Shown here: positions 1 through 10,250 of the stretch, one piece after another
Position numbering within the stretch: the first letter of the stretch is position 1
How the letters are laid out: each line of letters begins with the position of its first letter
Assembly: GCA_026391355.1 (NCBI GenBank)
Contig: JAPLDH010000045.1
Location: forward strand, 41,620-105,619
Origin: Bacteroidota bacterium
GTDB taxonomy: Bacteria > Bacteroidota > Bacteroidia > Bacteroidales > FEN-979
Length of the DNA stretch: 64,000 nt
Direction: 5' to 3'
Translations under genes and position numbers: made by a program
Notes under the pieces: model-generated
Databases searched by the model: none
What the model saw: the letters and a program-made list of their open reading frames with translations, nothing else
Told to the model about the DNA's origin: nothing

Positions 1-104
1 TCGGAGGAGATTCATTAAAGGATGTGAATAAAACAGAAAGAGAACGGACACCATTAAATTTAGCGCTATGGCTGGTCAAATTAGCTGAGCGCTGCAAAGT
101 TTAA
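1..104 (+). CDS. 3' end of an unidentified CDS truncated by the window edge
   Basis: Frame 3 is open from the window start to TAA at 102-104 (...ERTPLNLALWLVKLAERCKV*). Only 4 nt separate it from the ATG at 109, which suggests co-transcription. No recognisable motif. Confidence 0.3.
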   Translation, partial: GGDSLKDVNKTERERTPLNLALWLVKLAERCKV

Positions 105-108
105 AGAC

Positions 109-552
109 ATGAAATATCATCCCGGCGACATAGTGTTAGATTTTGATCAGCGGATTATTTTCACCTGGTCAAAGCATGATGAACAGACAGCGCGTTTAAA
201 AGTTCATCGCATGAGATTGGCAACCCCGGGAGAAGAATTTTTATACAAAAAGGATTTTCCAGTAGATAAAGATGTTTTATTTCAGGAATTCAAGGAAGTC
301 ATGCCGGCGTTTGATGGGCGACGTCTCAGAAATGTTGTTTATGCTCATGTTGAATTGGATGAAGAAACCTTTTTATTTTTCAAAAGTTTCAGGTTAAATT
401 TTACTGCATCAAACGAAGTCAAGCTATCTTTTTTAATTACCAGTTACTTACGGTCGATTGAACATAATAATAAGGAGGCATTGAAGGAACTGGAAAACGG
501 GCGAAAATTGAAAGGGTTACTTGTTGAGATACTGAAACTTATATCTGTTTAA
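109..552 (+). CDS. hypothetical protein (147 aa)
   Basis: ATG-initiated ORF with normal amino-acid composition, tightly coupled to the upstream partial CDS and followed by a hairpin terminator. I recognise no family motif. Confidence 0.5.
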   Translation: MKYHPGDIVLDFDQRIIFTWSKHDEQTARLKVHRMRLATPGEEFLYKKDFPVDKDVLFQEFKEVMPAFDGRRLRNVVYAHVELDEETFLFFKSFRLNFTASNEVKLSFLITSYLRSIEHNNKEALKELENGRKLKGLLVEILKLISV

Positions 553-725
553 CATATCCCTTTTGTCCTATAATTAATATTATGTTAAATAAGATTTTAA
601 CCTTTCAAACTCATTCTCAATGGCTTTTTATAATCCTATATTTTTTAAATGATCCTCCCTCCTGGTCTTCATCAATTTTCAAGAATAAATCAGATACAAG
701 AGATCGTAATATTTTTTCTGGTATA

Positions 726-756
726 AAAAAAACCGTCCTTTTGAGACGGCTTTCTT
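726..756. terminator. putative bidirectional intrinsic terminator between convergent genes
   Basis: A-run (724-732), 5-bp stem CCGTC (733-737) / GACGG (745-749) with a 7-nt loop, then a T-rich tract. It lies between the ORF ending at 552 (+) and the ORF ending at 786 (-). The stem is short. Confidence 0.4.
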
Positions 757-785
757 TCTGAATTGAAATGAAAAACAATTTGCTC

Positions 786-1988
786 CTATTTTTTTCTAAG
801 TTGATTGATTTTGTCAAGGATGATCTTACTATTTTCCTTATCATCCAGATTGTAATAAATCTGTCTTAATGAGACCAGTGTATTGAGGTCATTTGGTTGC
901 AATTCATCCGATTTCTTCAAATATGGTAATGCCTTACTATAGTAAACGTTAGCTTCATCTTTCAATTTTTTATATTCATCAACCTGATCGACATTTAAGC
1001 TTTTTGCCTTGAGATCAATCGGAGCAGCAATATTAAAGTATAAAGAACCGAAATTCAGGTTAGCATCATTAAAATTAGGATTAATTTCAAGTGATTTTTT
1101 ATAGGCAGTCTCTGCATTTATAAAGGCTTCTTTCCTACCTGGTAATGGTTTCAATGTATCTTCCCAAATTTTCTGATTCATTGCTCCCAATGCATTGTAT
1201 ACAAAATAATTCGTTGGATCTTTTTCCGCGGCTACTTTGAGTGTCGATAAAGCCTTATCTATCTCTGAGAAAGTTATATAAACATTTGACTCATCCAATA
1301 TCAGTTCAAGGTTATTCGGATATATCTTTTGTCCCATCCTGATTGTTTTCAAAGCATTGGAAGAATCCCGTTCATTTTTGTAAATTTCGGCCAATGCTGA
1401 ATATACTTTCAGATTCTTATAGTTCAACTTGACCAATTCAAGGAACAGTTCTTTTTCCTTTGCTGATTCTTTTGCCAGTGAAGCACATTGTGCTGCATTT
1501 AAAATCGATACCGTATCAATCATGCCTATTATCGATTTTACTTTAGCTCCATTTTCGAAGGAGATCATGGCGTCTTTGTATTGTTTTTTCGTATAAAGTT
1601 CTGCACCTATGTTAAAATCGGTCAACCATTGCCAATCAACCCTTTTCGCAATATCTTCATAATACTCTTTTTTTAAAAATTCTTTTGCAGGGTCAAAGTC
1701 AAGTGCTTTTTTGTAAGAATCCATTGCCAGTTGCAATGCATTCCTGTCCATCTTCCTGACATTTGTATCCTTATTGTTCGCAATTTCAAAGTAGATATTC
1801 CCTCTTATGAACCAGGTTTTTGGATCGGTAGCGGTACTCGGGTCCTGAATACATTGATTGATTGCTTCCACTGCTTTATCCATGCTCCCGTTTCTCAGGA
1901 AATTAGATGCAGTTTGTCGTACGTTTTTTTGGGCATAACCCAGAGTTATTGTGAAGACCAATAACATCAGGAACATAATCTTTTTCAT
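786..1988 (-). CDS. secreted TPR-repeat protein
   Basis: N-terminal signal peptide (MKKIMFLMLLVFTITLGYAQ). Repeated TPR-like helical pairs run throughout (AxxxYxxAL / NPN motifs, e.g. AETAYKKSLEINPNFNDANLNFGSLYF). Confidence 0.75.
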   Translation of the reverse strand: MKKIMFLMLLVFTITLGYAQKNVRQTASNFLRNGSMDKAVEAINQCIQDPSTATDPKTWFIRGNIYFEIANNKDTNVRKMDRNALQLAMDSYKKALDFDPAKEFLKKEYYEDIAKRVDWQWLTDFNIGAELYTKKQYKDAMISFENGAKVKSIIGMIDTVSILNAAQCASLAKESAKEKELFLELVKLNYKNLKVYSALAEIYKNERDSSNALKTIRMGQKIYPNNLELILDESNVYITFSEIDKALSTLKVAAEKDPTNYFVYNALGAMNQKIWEDTLKPLPGRKEAFINAETAYKKSLEINPNFNDANLNFGSLYFNIAAPIDLKAKSLNVDQVDEYKKLKDEANVYYSKALPYLKKSDELQPNDLNTLVSLRQIYYNLDDKENSKIILDKINQLRKK

Positions 1989-2097
1989 CTGATTAATTTT
2001 AAGACAGGTAAATTAAGTGAATTTTGGTTGGCAAAAATATATAAATTTTATTTATTTATTTTATTCGTTTGTTTAAAATTTAACAGAACATTTAAGC

Positions 2098-4653
2098 TCA
2101 TTCACCGGCATCATCTTTGTTTTTATTGGTATCCCCTTCATTAGTAACCGTTTCATCAGAAATTTCATTAGAAGGAAATACCTCATCTTTATCCTCTATA
2201 ATGGGATCTTCCACCACATCTACCTTTGCAACCGCAGCAATTGCATCACCTTCGTCTATTTTGATCAGCCGGACACCTTGAGTGGCCCTACCCATTACCC
2301 TCAGGGTTCCTACACCCAACCGGATAATAACTCCCGATTTATTAATGATCATCAGGTCATCGGTATCAGTGACATCTTTAATGGCAATCAGGGCTCCGGT
2401 TTTATCCGTTGTATTAAGGGTTTTGACGCCTTTACCACCCCGGTTTGTGACTCTGTAATCATCTATCCGGGAACGTTTACCATACCCATTTTCGGAAACA
2501 ACGAGAATATCAGAAACCTTTTCCTTTGGAATACAAATCATTCCGATAACCTCATCCTTTTCACTTGCTAATCTGATCCCTCTTACACCGGCGGCATTTC
2601 TTCCCATGGGGCGGACTGTGGCCTCATTAAAACGAATAGCCCGGCCGGATTTCAATGCCATAATGATTTCGTTTGTTCCTTCGGTGAGTCTTGCCTCCAG
2701 CAACTGATCCCCTTCATTGATGGTAATCGCATTGATCCCGCTTTGTCGTGGCCGTGAATAGGCTGCCAAAGATGTTTTCTTGATGGTACCTCTTTGTGTG
2801 GCGAGAATAATATAATTGCTGGTAATATATTGTTCGTCTTTAAGATCTTTTACATTAATAAAAGCTCTCACCTTGTCGCCTTTTTCAATCATGATCAGGT
2901 TCTGAATGGCTCTTCCCTTGGAGGCCTTTGACCCTTCCGGAATTTCAAATACCCTCATCCAGAAGCATTTTCCTTTCTCTGTGAAAAATAGCAGGTAATT
3001 GTGGTTTGAGGCGACGAATAAGTGTTCAAGAAAATCCTCATCCCTGACGTCAGATCCCTTCTGTCCTCTCCCTCCCCTATTCTGTCGACGGTATTCCGTT
3101 AGCGGGGTTCTTTTAATATAACCCATATGTGAGATTGTAATGACCACGTTCTCATCCGCTATTGTATCTTCAATACGGAAGTCGGAAGCATTGTAAACGA
3201 TCTGTGTTCTTGGTTCATCGTTATATTTTTCCTTCAACTCCTGCAATTCATTCTTGATGATTTCCATCCTGAGTTGTTCATCTGCCAGGATGCTTTTCAG
3301 GTATTCGATCAACTTCATCAGCTCGTCAAACTCTTGTTTGATCTTTTCTCTTTCCAGACCAGTGAGACGTTGCAACCGCATATCAAGGATGGCTTTTGCC
3401 TGGAGCTCTGAAAGGTTGAAATTAGCCATCAACCCTGTCCGCGCCTCTTCGGGAGTTCGGGATGCACGGATCAATTGAATAACAGCATCCAGGTTATCAA
3501 GTGCAATTAATAAGCCTTCCAGGATGTGGGCTCTCTTTTCGGCTTCTGAAAGTTCATACTTTGTCCGCCGGATAACCACTTCATGTCTGTGCTCCACAAA
3601 ATAAACGATCAGATCTTTCAGGTTCAACATGTGAGGCCTTCCTTTAACCAGGGCAATATTGTTGACATTGAAAGCAGTCTGTAGCGGTGTGAGCTGATAC
3701 AGCTTATTCAGTACCACATTTGTAATCACCTCCCGTTTTAATTCATAGACAATCCTGATCCCATTCCTGTCAGATTCATCCCTTATCTCGGTGATTCCTT
3801 CAATCTTCTTATCATTGACCAGTTCCGTGGTTTTTTTAATCATTTCTGATTTATTGACCTGGTAAGGAACTGAAGTGATAATAATACTTTCACGGCCGTT
3901 TTCTTCGGTTTCAATTTTTGACTCACCCCTCATGACAATACGTCCCCTGCCTGTTTCATAGGCTTCCTTCACTCCTTCGTAACCGTAGATCACGCCACCG
4001 GTAGGGAAATCAGGAGCTTTAATGAACTTCATCAGTTCAGGGATGGTTATTTCACGATTATCAATATAAGCAATGATTCCGTCAACTACCTCTCCAAGGT
4101 TATGAGGCGGCATATTGGTTGCCATCCCCACAGCTATCCCTGATGCACCATTAAGTAAGAGATTAGGAATCTTCGCAGGCATTACAACCGGTTCCTTTAA
4201 TGTATCATCAAAGTTTAACTGAAAATCAACAGTTTCCTTCTCAATGTCAGCGATCATCTCTTCGGCAATTTTCGACATCCTGGCCTCAGTATAACGCATC
4301 GCAGCTGCATTATCACCATCCATCGACCCGAAATTTCCCTGTCCGTCAACCAGCGGATACCGTAATGTCCAGTCCTGGGCCATTCGAACCATGGCATCAT
4401 ATACAGATGTATCTCCATGAGGGTGATACTTACCCAAAACCTCCCCCACTATCCTTGCTGATTTTTTATATGCGCGGTTTGATAAATTACCAAGCTCATA
4501 CATTCCAAACAAAACCCTGCGGTGCACTGGTTTCAGACCATCCCGTACATCCGGCAAAGCCCTTTGAACAATTACGGACATTGAATAATCAATGTATGCA
4601 GATTTCATCTGGTTCTCGATGTTTACCTTAATGATTTTTTCTCCCTCGTCCAT
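2098..4653 (-). CDS. gyrA: DNA gyrase subunit A
   Basis: 851 aa. N-terminus has the canonical [16 protein letters not shown] and the active-site region [11 protein letters not shown]. The C-terminal beta-pinwheel repeats are followed by an acidic tail. Confidence 0.97.
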   Translation of the reverse strand: MDEGEKIIKVNIENQMKSAYIDYSMSVIVQRALPDVRDGLKPVHRRVLFGMYELGNLSNRAYKKSARIVGEVLGKYHPHGDTSVYDAMVRMAQDWTLRYPLVDGQGNFGSMDGDNAAAMRYTEARMSKIAEEMIADIEKETVDFQLNFDDTLKEPVVMPAKIPNLLLNGASGIAVGMATNMPPHNLGEVVDGIIAYIDNREITIPELMKFIKAPDFPTGGVIYGYEGVKEAYETGRGRIVMRGESKIETEENGRESIIITSVPYQVNKSEMIKKTTELVNDKKIEGITEIRDESDRNGIRIVYELKREVITNVVLNKLYQLTPLQTAFNVNNIALVKGRPHMLNLKDLIVYFVEHRHEVVIRRTKYELSEAEKRAHILEGLLIALDNLDAVIQLIRASRTPEEARTGLMANFNLSELQAKAILDMRLQRLTGLEREKIKQEFDELMKLIEYLKSILADEQLRMEIIKNELQELKEKYNDEPRTQIVYNASDFRIEDTIADENVVITISHMGYIKRTPLTEYRRQNRGGRGQKGSDVRDEDFLEHLFVASNHNYLLFFTEKGKCFWMRVFEIPEGSKASKGRAIQNLIMIEKGDKVRAFINVKDLKDEQYITSNYIILATQRGTIKKTSLAAYSRPRQSGINAITINEGDQLLEARLTEGTNEIIMALKSGRAIRFNEATVRPMGRNAAGVRGIRLASEKDEVIGMICIPKEKVSDILVVSENGYGKRSRIDDYRVTNRGGKGVKTLNTTDKTGALIAIKDVTDTDDLMIINKSGVIIRLGVGTLRVMGRATQGVRLIKIDEGDAIAAVAKVDVVEDPIIEDKDEVFPSNEISDETVTNEGDTNKNKDDAGE

Positions 4654-4986
4654 GCAGAACCTATTAGTTAATTAATTTAATGTCAAATAGATAAGTTGTA
4701 TTGAATAAGATTACGAAATTAGAAATTTTCCTTCAGAAAACCTAACCTTTTAAGGTATTTATTTTTTGTACTTACTAACATGAAAGTGTTAATAAATATT
4801 GGGTTTCCGGATGGTTTCTCTGAAATCTGGTTGTATTTTTGAAATCTGCCAAAAGGTCAGTGAAAATTATTGGTATATTTTTTGGCGTTATTCAGGAAAA
4901 ATGGTAATAATAAATTTTAAAAAGAAATTGTCATTTAATAATCATGTATCTTGTACGTTCATAATAAATATTGATTTCTTATAAAA

Positions 4987-7542
4987 ATGGAAGCAAAATT
5001 TTCGCAAAGGGTCAAGGATGTTTTAATCTTCAGCCGCGAAGAAGCGATCAGGCTTGGGAATGATTATATCGGATTGGAGCATCTTTTACTTGGAATTATA
5101 AGGGAAGGGGAAGGATTGGCTATTAAGATAATAAGAAATCTCGGAGTTGATCTATTGGAAGTCCGCCGGAAAATCGAATTGGCTGTTGCAAGCAATAAAG
5201 AGAACCCCAAAAACCCTGAAAACCTGCCACTGATTAAACAGGCTGAGCGGGCATTAAAGATAACCTATCTTGAAGCTAAATCATTTAATAGTGAGTTAAT
5301 TGGGACAGAGCATCTTCTTCTTGCCATACTGAAGGATGAAAATAATATTGTTACCAAAACTTTCAATAGTTATGGTGTTAGCTATGAAATGGTTAATGAA
5401 GAAATAAAATCGTTATTATCAGAGGGGAATGAGGCTAAACCTTTTGAGCCCAGTGATATTCTACCCAAGGATGAGGATGATGATCCGGAAGATTCCGGAA
5501 AAAGTTTTGGTACATCTCCTAAGAAGAATTCCGATCCAAAGTCAAAAACGCCGGTTTTGGACAATTTTGGCCGCGATATAACAAAAGCTGCAGAGGAAGG
5601 AAGGCTGGATCCCATTGTTGGACGTCAGAAGGAGTTGGAAAGAATTTCGCAGATATTAAGCAGGCGAAAGAAAAACAATCCTATTCTGATTGGTGAACCT
5701 GGTGTTGGGAAATCTGCAATTGCAGAGGGTCTTGCATTGAGAATCACACAGCGGAAAGTGTCAAGGGCCTTATTCAACAAGCGTATTGTTTCGCTTGACC
5801 TTGCTTCTTTGGTTGCAGGCACAAAATACAGAGGGCAGTTTGAAGAAAGAATGAAGGCGGTTCTTAATGAACTGGAAAAAAATCCCAATATCATTCTTTT
5901 CATCGACGAGATCCATACCATTGTCGGAGCTGGAAATGCTTCAGGATCGCTGGATGCATCAAATATGTTCAAACCTGCACTGGCAAGAGGTGAAATACAA
6001 TGCATCGGGGCAACCACCCTTGATGAATACCGGCAGTATATAGAAAAAGATGGTGCACTTGAAAGACGGTTTCAGAAAGTCCTCGTTGACCCTACATCAG
6101 CCGATGAAACTCTTGATATCCTCAACAATATCAAGGAAAAATATGAAGATCATCACCTCGTAAGATACACCAGTGATGCAATTAAAGCATGTGTGACCCT
6201 TACCGATCGTTATATTAGTGACCGGTACCTTCCAGATAAAGCCATAGATGCGTTGGATGAATCAGGAGCCCGTGTACATATTTCCAACATCCACGTACCT
6301 CCTGAGATCATTACAATTGAGAACCAGATTGAAGAAACCAGGAAGAAAAAGATGCAAGCAATCAACAGCCAAAAGTTTGAAGAGGCTGCAGACTTGAGGG
6401 ATTCTGAAAGGAAATTGCAAGATTCACTGGAAAGGGAAAAACGGAAATGGGAAGAACAAGCCCAAATCAACCGTGAAGAAGTTAGCGAAGAGAATGTTGC
6501 AGAAGTCGTTGCCATGATGACAGGCATCCCTGTTCAAAGGATAGCCAAGAACGAAAGCGATCGGTTAATGAACATGGAAACTGAATTGGAGTTTTCCGTA
6601 ATAGGACAAACCGAAGCTATTAAAAAAGTAGTCAGGTCGATCCGCAGAAACCGTGCAGGATTGAAAGATCCGAATAAACCGATTGGTTCATTTATATTCC
6701 TGGGACCTACCGGCGTTGGAAAAACCCATCTGGCAAAGGTCCTCGCAAAATACCTGTTCGATACTGAGGATGCACTGGTTAGAATTGACATGAGTGAATA
6801 TATGGAGAAGTTTGCTGTATCGAGATTAATTGGTGCTCCTCCGGGATATGTGGGATATGAAGAAGGCGGTCAGCTTACTGAGAAGATCAGAAGAAGGCCA
6901 TACTCCATTGTGTTACTTGATGAAATTGAGAAGGCACACCCAGATATCTTTCACCTTTTACTTCAGGTGCTTGATGATGGTGTGCTTACTGATAGCTTTG
7001 GGAGAAGAGTTGATTTCAAAAACACAATCGTGATCATGACCTCCAATATCGGGTCCAGACAATTGAAGGATTTCGGACAAGGTGTCGGTTTTGCAACATC
7101 TGCAAAAGCGGCTTCCAGTTCTGATTATGCAAGAGGTGTTATTGAAAATGCGTTGAAAAAAACATTCGCACCTGAATTTCTCAACAGGATTGATGATGTG
7201 GTTATCTTTGAAGCGCTTGAAAGAGAGTCGATTCATAAGATCATTGATATTGAACTTTCACATCTGTATGGACGGATACGCCTAATGGGATATCAAATGG
7301 TTGTTACTCCCAAAGCCAAAGATTTTATTGTTGAAAAGGGATGGGATGCTCAGTTTGGTGCAAGACCATTAAAAAGAGCTATTCAGAAATACATTGAAGA
7401 TGCACTGGCAGAGGAGATCATCAAAACAAAACTTACTGAAAATGATATTATCACCATAGACTTTGATGACAAGAAGGACGAGATAACGATCCAAATCATT
7501 AAATCACAGGCAGTTTCTGAACAAGTTGCAAAAGTGAACTGA
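4987..7542 (+). CDS. clpC: ATP-dependent Clp protease ATP-binding subunit ClpC-type (class I AAA+)
   Basis: Two Clp_N repeats (LGNDYIGLEHLLLGI / IGTEHLLLAIL). Two Walker A sites (GEPGVGKSA, GPTGVGKTH). A short UVR-like middle domain (QKFEEAADLRDSERKLQ) points to ClpC rather than ClpB. A VGF loop is compatible with ClpP docking. Confidence 0.9.
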   Translation: MEAKFSQRVKDVLIFSREEAIRLGNDYIGLEHLLLGIIREGEGLAIKIIRNLGVDLLEVRRKIELAVASNKENPKNPENLPLIKQAERALKITYLEAKSFNSELIGTEHLLLAILKDENNIVTKTFNSYGVSYEMVNEEIKSLLSEGNEAKPFEPSDILPKDEDDDPEDSGKSFGTSPKKNSDPKSKTPVLDNFGRDITKAAEEGRLDPIVGRQKELERISQILSRRKKNNPILIGEPGVGKSAIAEGLALRITQRKVSRALFNKRIVSLDLASLVAGTKYRGQFEERMKAVLNELEKNPNIILFIDEIHTIVGAGNASGSLDASNMFKPALARGEIQCIGATTLDEYRQYIEKDGALERRFQKVLVDPTSADETLDILNNIKEKYEDHHLVRYTSDAIKACVTLTDRYISDRYLPDKAIDALDESGARVHISNIHVPPEIITIENQIEETRKKKMQAINSQKFEEAADLRDSERKLQDSLEREKRKWEEQAQINREEVSEENVAEVVAMMTGIPVQRIAKNESDRLMNMETELEFSVIGQTEAIKKVVRSIRRNRAGLKDPNKPIGSFIFLGPTGVGKTHLAKVLAKYLFDTEDALVRIDMSEYMEKFAVSRLIGAPPGYVGYEEGGQLTEKIRRRPYSIVLLDEIEKAHPDIFHLLLQVLDDGVLTDSFGRRVDFKNTIVIMTSNIGSRQLKDFGQGVGFATSAKAASSSDYARGVIENALKKTFAPEFLNRIDDVVIFEALERESIHKIIDIELSHLYGRIRLMGYQMVVTPKAKDFIVEKGWDAQFGARPLKRAIQKYIEDALAEEIIKTKLTENDIITIDFDDKKDEITIQIIKSQAVSEQVAKVN

Positions 7543-7561
7543 AACCCTCCATTCCCGGATT

Positions 7562-7597
7562 AAAAAAAGGTTGTAATTTTTAGGACAGCCTTTTTTT
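7562..7597. terminator. bidirectional intrinsic terminator (clpC / acyl-CoA dehydrogenase convergent pair)
   Basis: A7 run, then an 8-bp stem AAGGTTGT (7567-7574) / ACAGCCTT (7585-7592) with one G-T wobble and a 10-nt loop, followed by a T7 run. Confidence 0.6.
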
Positions 7598-7608
7598 GTG
7601 AGGGATGA

Positions 7609-9393
7609 TTAATAGCTATAAGTGTTGTCAGCAATTAATTTATCAGCAATTCTTCTCCTGGTTTCTTTTATGTTAACTCCCTGCACAGTGGAGAGAAGAT
7701 TAATGCAATTCATTAATTTTTCAGCAATTTCAACAGTACCAATGCTGTTAGCTGCATCCTGGGCAGATTTCCGTATGCCTGCAGCAGCTTCATATACTGT
7801 TATATCGAGGATATCTCTATAGATACACACAGTATCAGCTCCTTTCATTGTTTCCAGCTTAATAACCCTCAGTAAGGTACTTTCTGATGTATAGGTTCCG
7901 ATGATCATATCGGAAAGATTATTCATGACTTCCTGCTCTTTTATCAGTTGCTTGTCAAAATGTTTGGTTGCAGCATTAATCAGAATTAGGATGATCTTCT
8001 TGAAATTTCTGATATACCTTAATTTTTCGTTGAAATAATCCTCTCCAGGAACCTTATCATTCTTCAGAGAATCAAAGGTAGTCATCAGTTTTTCTGCTTC
8101 TTCAAAGAGATTGAAATCACCTTTCATGGCTCGTTTCATTGCCGTATCAATAACCAGCAAACGGTTGATCTCGTTTGTTCCTTCGAAGATCCTGTTTATC
8201 CTTGAATCGCGGTATCCTCTTTCCACGTCCATTTCTCCGGAATAACCCATTCCACCGTGGATCTGAACTGCTTCATCGATTATATAATCCAGAACTTCCG
8301 ATCCGAATACTTTCAGTATCGCAGCTTCAACAGCATAATGGCTAATGGCTTCGATGGTGGCCCTTCCTTTATCAATGCCTTTCGCTTTGTTTTCGTTGAT
8401 CAAGAAGTCAATATCCTTACTTACCCGGTAAATTGCGGATTCAAGGACAAAGGTTTTTATCACCTGCTCGGCAAGTTTGTATTTTATGGCACCAAACGAG
8501 GAGATAAGAACACCGAATTGTTTTCTTTCATTGGCATATCTGACCGAATCAATGATCGCTTTTTTGGAAGCACCAAGAACATTGGCCCCTAGTTTAAGTC
8601 TTCCCATGTGAAGAATGCTTAACGCAATCCTGAATCCTTCGCCCCTATCTCCTATTAAGTTTTCAACAGGCACCTTCACATCATTATAAAATATTTGCGC
8701 CGTGGATGAACCTTTGATACCCATTTTCTTTTCATCCGGATTCACAATGACCCCGGGGAAATTTTTTTCCACAATGAATGCACTCAGGCAACGATCTTTG
8801 TCTATTTTTGCAAACACCGTCTGAATATCTGCGAAGCCTGCATTGGTAATCCACATCTTCTGTCCGTTCAGAATATAATGTTTCCCGTCTTCTGTCAATT
8901 TTGCATTTGTCTTTCCTGAATTTGCATCACTACCGGCACCAGGTTCTGTAAGGCAATAAGCCCCAAGGAATTCACCTATGGCAAGTTTGGTAACATATTT
9001 TTGCCGTTGATCTTCATTTCCATAATACATAATCGGTAAAGTTCCAATACCGGTATGTGCCATAAATGCTACAGAAAATGAATAGCCCGCACCAATGGTT
9101 TCTGCAGCAAGCATCTGTGTTACAAATGACTGTCCAAATCCACTATATTCTTCCGGTATGGAGATTCCCATTAAACCAAGATCTCCGGCTTTTTTCAGGA
9201 TTCCTTTCATCAATTCAATATCCGGTGAATCAATCTTATCCAGGTTCGGATAGACTTCAGTTTCCAGAAAATCCTTGCAGGTCTGGGCGATCATTTTTTG
9301 TTCTTCATTGAATTCCTCGGGAATAAAGATATTCTTTGGATCCATTTCATAAACGAGGAATTCACCACTTTTTAACACTTTTTGGTTCTGCAT
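7609..9393 (-). CDS. acyl-CoA dehydrogenase, long form (594 aa)
   Basis: ACAD signatures are present: CLTEPGAGSDA, QKMWITNAGFAD, IHGGMGY and EGTNEINRL. It has a C-terminal extension relative to ~380-aa ACADs. It is the last gene of the etf operon on the minus strand. Confidence 0.9.
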   Translation of the reverse strand: MQNQKVLKSGEFLVYEMDPKNIFIPEEFNEEQKMIAQTCKDFLETEVYPNLDKIDSPDIELMKGILKKAGDLGLMGISIPEEYSGFGQSFVTQMLAAETIGAGYSFSVAFMAHTGIGTLPIMYYGNEDQRQKYVTKLAIGEFLGAYCLTEPGAGSDANSGKTNAKLTEDGKHYILNGQKMWITNAGFADIQTVFAKIDKDRCLSAFIVEKNFPGVIVNPDEKKMGIKGSSTAQIFYNDVKVPVENLIGDRGEGFRIALSILHMGRLKLGANVLGASKKAIIDSVRYANERKQFGVLISSFGAIKYKLAEQVIKTFVLESAIYRVSKDIDFLINENKAKGIDKGRATIEAISHYAVEAAILKVFGSEVLDYIIDEAVQIHGGMGYSGEMDVERGYRDSRINRIFEGTNEINRLLVIDTAMKRAMKGDFNLFEEAEKLMTTFDSLKNDKVPGEDYFNEKLRYIRNFKKIILILINAATKHFDKQLIKEQEVMNNLSDMIIGTYTSESTLLRVIKLETMKGADTVCIYRDILDITVYEAAAGIRKSAQDAANSIGTVEIAEKLMNCINLLSTVQGVNIKETRRRIADKLIADNTYSY

Positions 9394-9441
9394 TTTAAAA
9401 TATTATGTTTTATAATTAACGATATAAGGAGTCTGTCTGCT

Positions 9442-10239
9442 TCAGAGTTGTAATGATAGGGCAATTAATTCAACCAGGTCATAATTTTTCACATCCTCTT
9501 CCCTGTTTTTATATTTCAATCCGTCGGTAATCATGGTCATACAGAAAGGGCATGCCGTTGCAATGATACTTGCCTCTGTTTTCAGTGCTTCTTCTGTCCT
9601 TTCCAAATAAACTTCCTTGTTTCCTTTTTCAGCCTCCTTGAACATCTGGGCACCACCGGCACCGCAACACAAAGCAAAGCTTTTATGACGTTCCATTTCC
9701 ACAAAGTTTCCTGTCAGCCGGTGAAGGATTGTGCGGGGTTCAGTGTAAATATCGTTTCCCCGGCCAAGGTAACAGGGATCATGATATGTTATCCTGGCAT
9801 CATCAAGGGAATGAGGTTGAATTACAAGTTTACCTTCATTGATGTATTTTTCAAGAAATTGCAAGTAATTGATAACCTCATAAATTCCTCCAAGGTCGGG
9901 ATACTCATTTTTCAGGATATTATAACAATGTGGGCAGATGGTGATAATTTTATCGATCCCGTATGTTTTAAAGAGTTCTATATTCTTAAGGGCCTGCATC
10001 TGATAGAGCATTTCATTCCCAGCTCTTCGGGCAGGATCACCCGTACACGATTCTTCTATCCCAAGTACTGCATAATTTACTTTGAGATAGGTCAGGATCT
10101 TTGCAAAGGCCTGCGCAACTCTCTTGTACCTGTCGTCGAAAGCCCCGGCGCACCCCACCCAGAATAGATAGTCAGGGCGCTCTCCCCGTGTATAAAGGTC
10201 TGACATTACAGGAACATCTATCTTATGCCTTTCCATCAT
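9442..10239 (-). CDS. Fe-S oxidoreductase subunit with two CCG domains (HdrD/GlpC-like)
   Basis: Two cysteine-rich CCG-type motifs (FWVGCAGAFDDR...CPHC and ALCCGAGGAQMF...CPFC). It starts 11 nt after the stop of the membrane Fe-S gene. Confidence 0.8.
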   Translation of the reverse strand: MMERHKIDVPVMSDLYTRGERPDYLFWVGCAGAFDDRYKRVAQAFAKILTYLKVNYAVLGIEESCTGDPARRAGNEMLYQMQALKNIELFKTYGIDKIITICPHCYNILKNEYPDLGGIYEVINYLQFLEKYINEGKLVIQPHSLDDARITYHDPCYLGRGNDIYTEPRTILHRLTGNFVEMERHKSFALCCGAGGAQMFKEAEKGNKEVYLERTEEALKTEASIIATACPFCMTMITDGLKYKNREEDVKNYDLVELIALSLQL

Positions 10240-10250
10240 GCTTTACCCGG

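Noticed and set aside
582-761. 59-codon ATG ORF in the 233-bp spacer after the 147-aa gene.
   Set aside because: It reads straight through the terminator hairpin at 733-749 and has implausible composition. It is probably non-coding 3' UTR.
4200-4631. 143-aa ORF antisense to gyrA. Similar long antisense ORFs lie inside clpC (5625-6017), the CCG gene (9685-10167), coaBC (17168-17584, 17909-18298), the GT3-GT35 gene (58762-59268, 61741-62112) and others.
   Set aside because: Each lies entirely inside a gene with unambiguous homology on the opposite strand. Their composition is skewed (Ser/Pro/Cys/His-rich, low complexity) and they have no independent promoter or terminator context. They are shadow ORFs.
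4799-4984. 61-aa ORF in the gyrA-clpC divergent promoter region.
   Set aside because: It has a non-ATG start and an AT-rich, low-complexity translation, and it sits where two divergent promoters must lie. Nothing supports coding.
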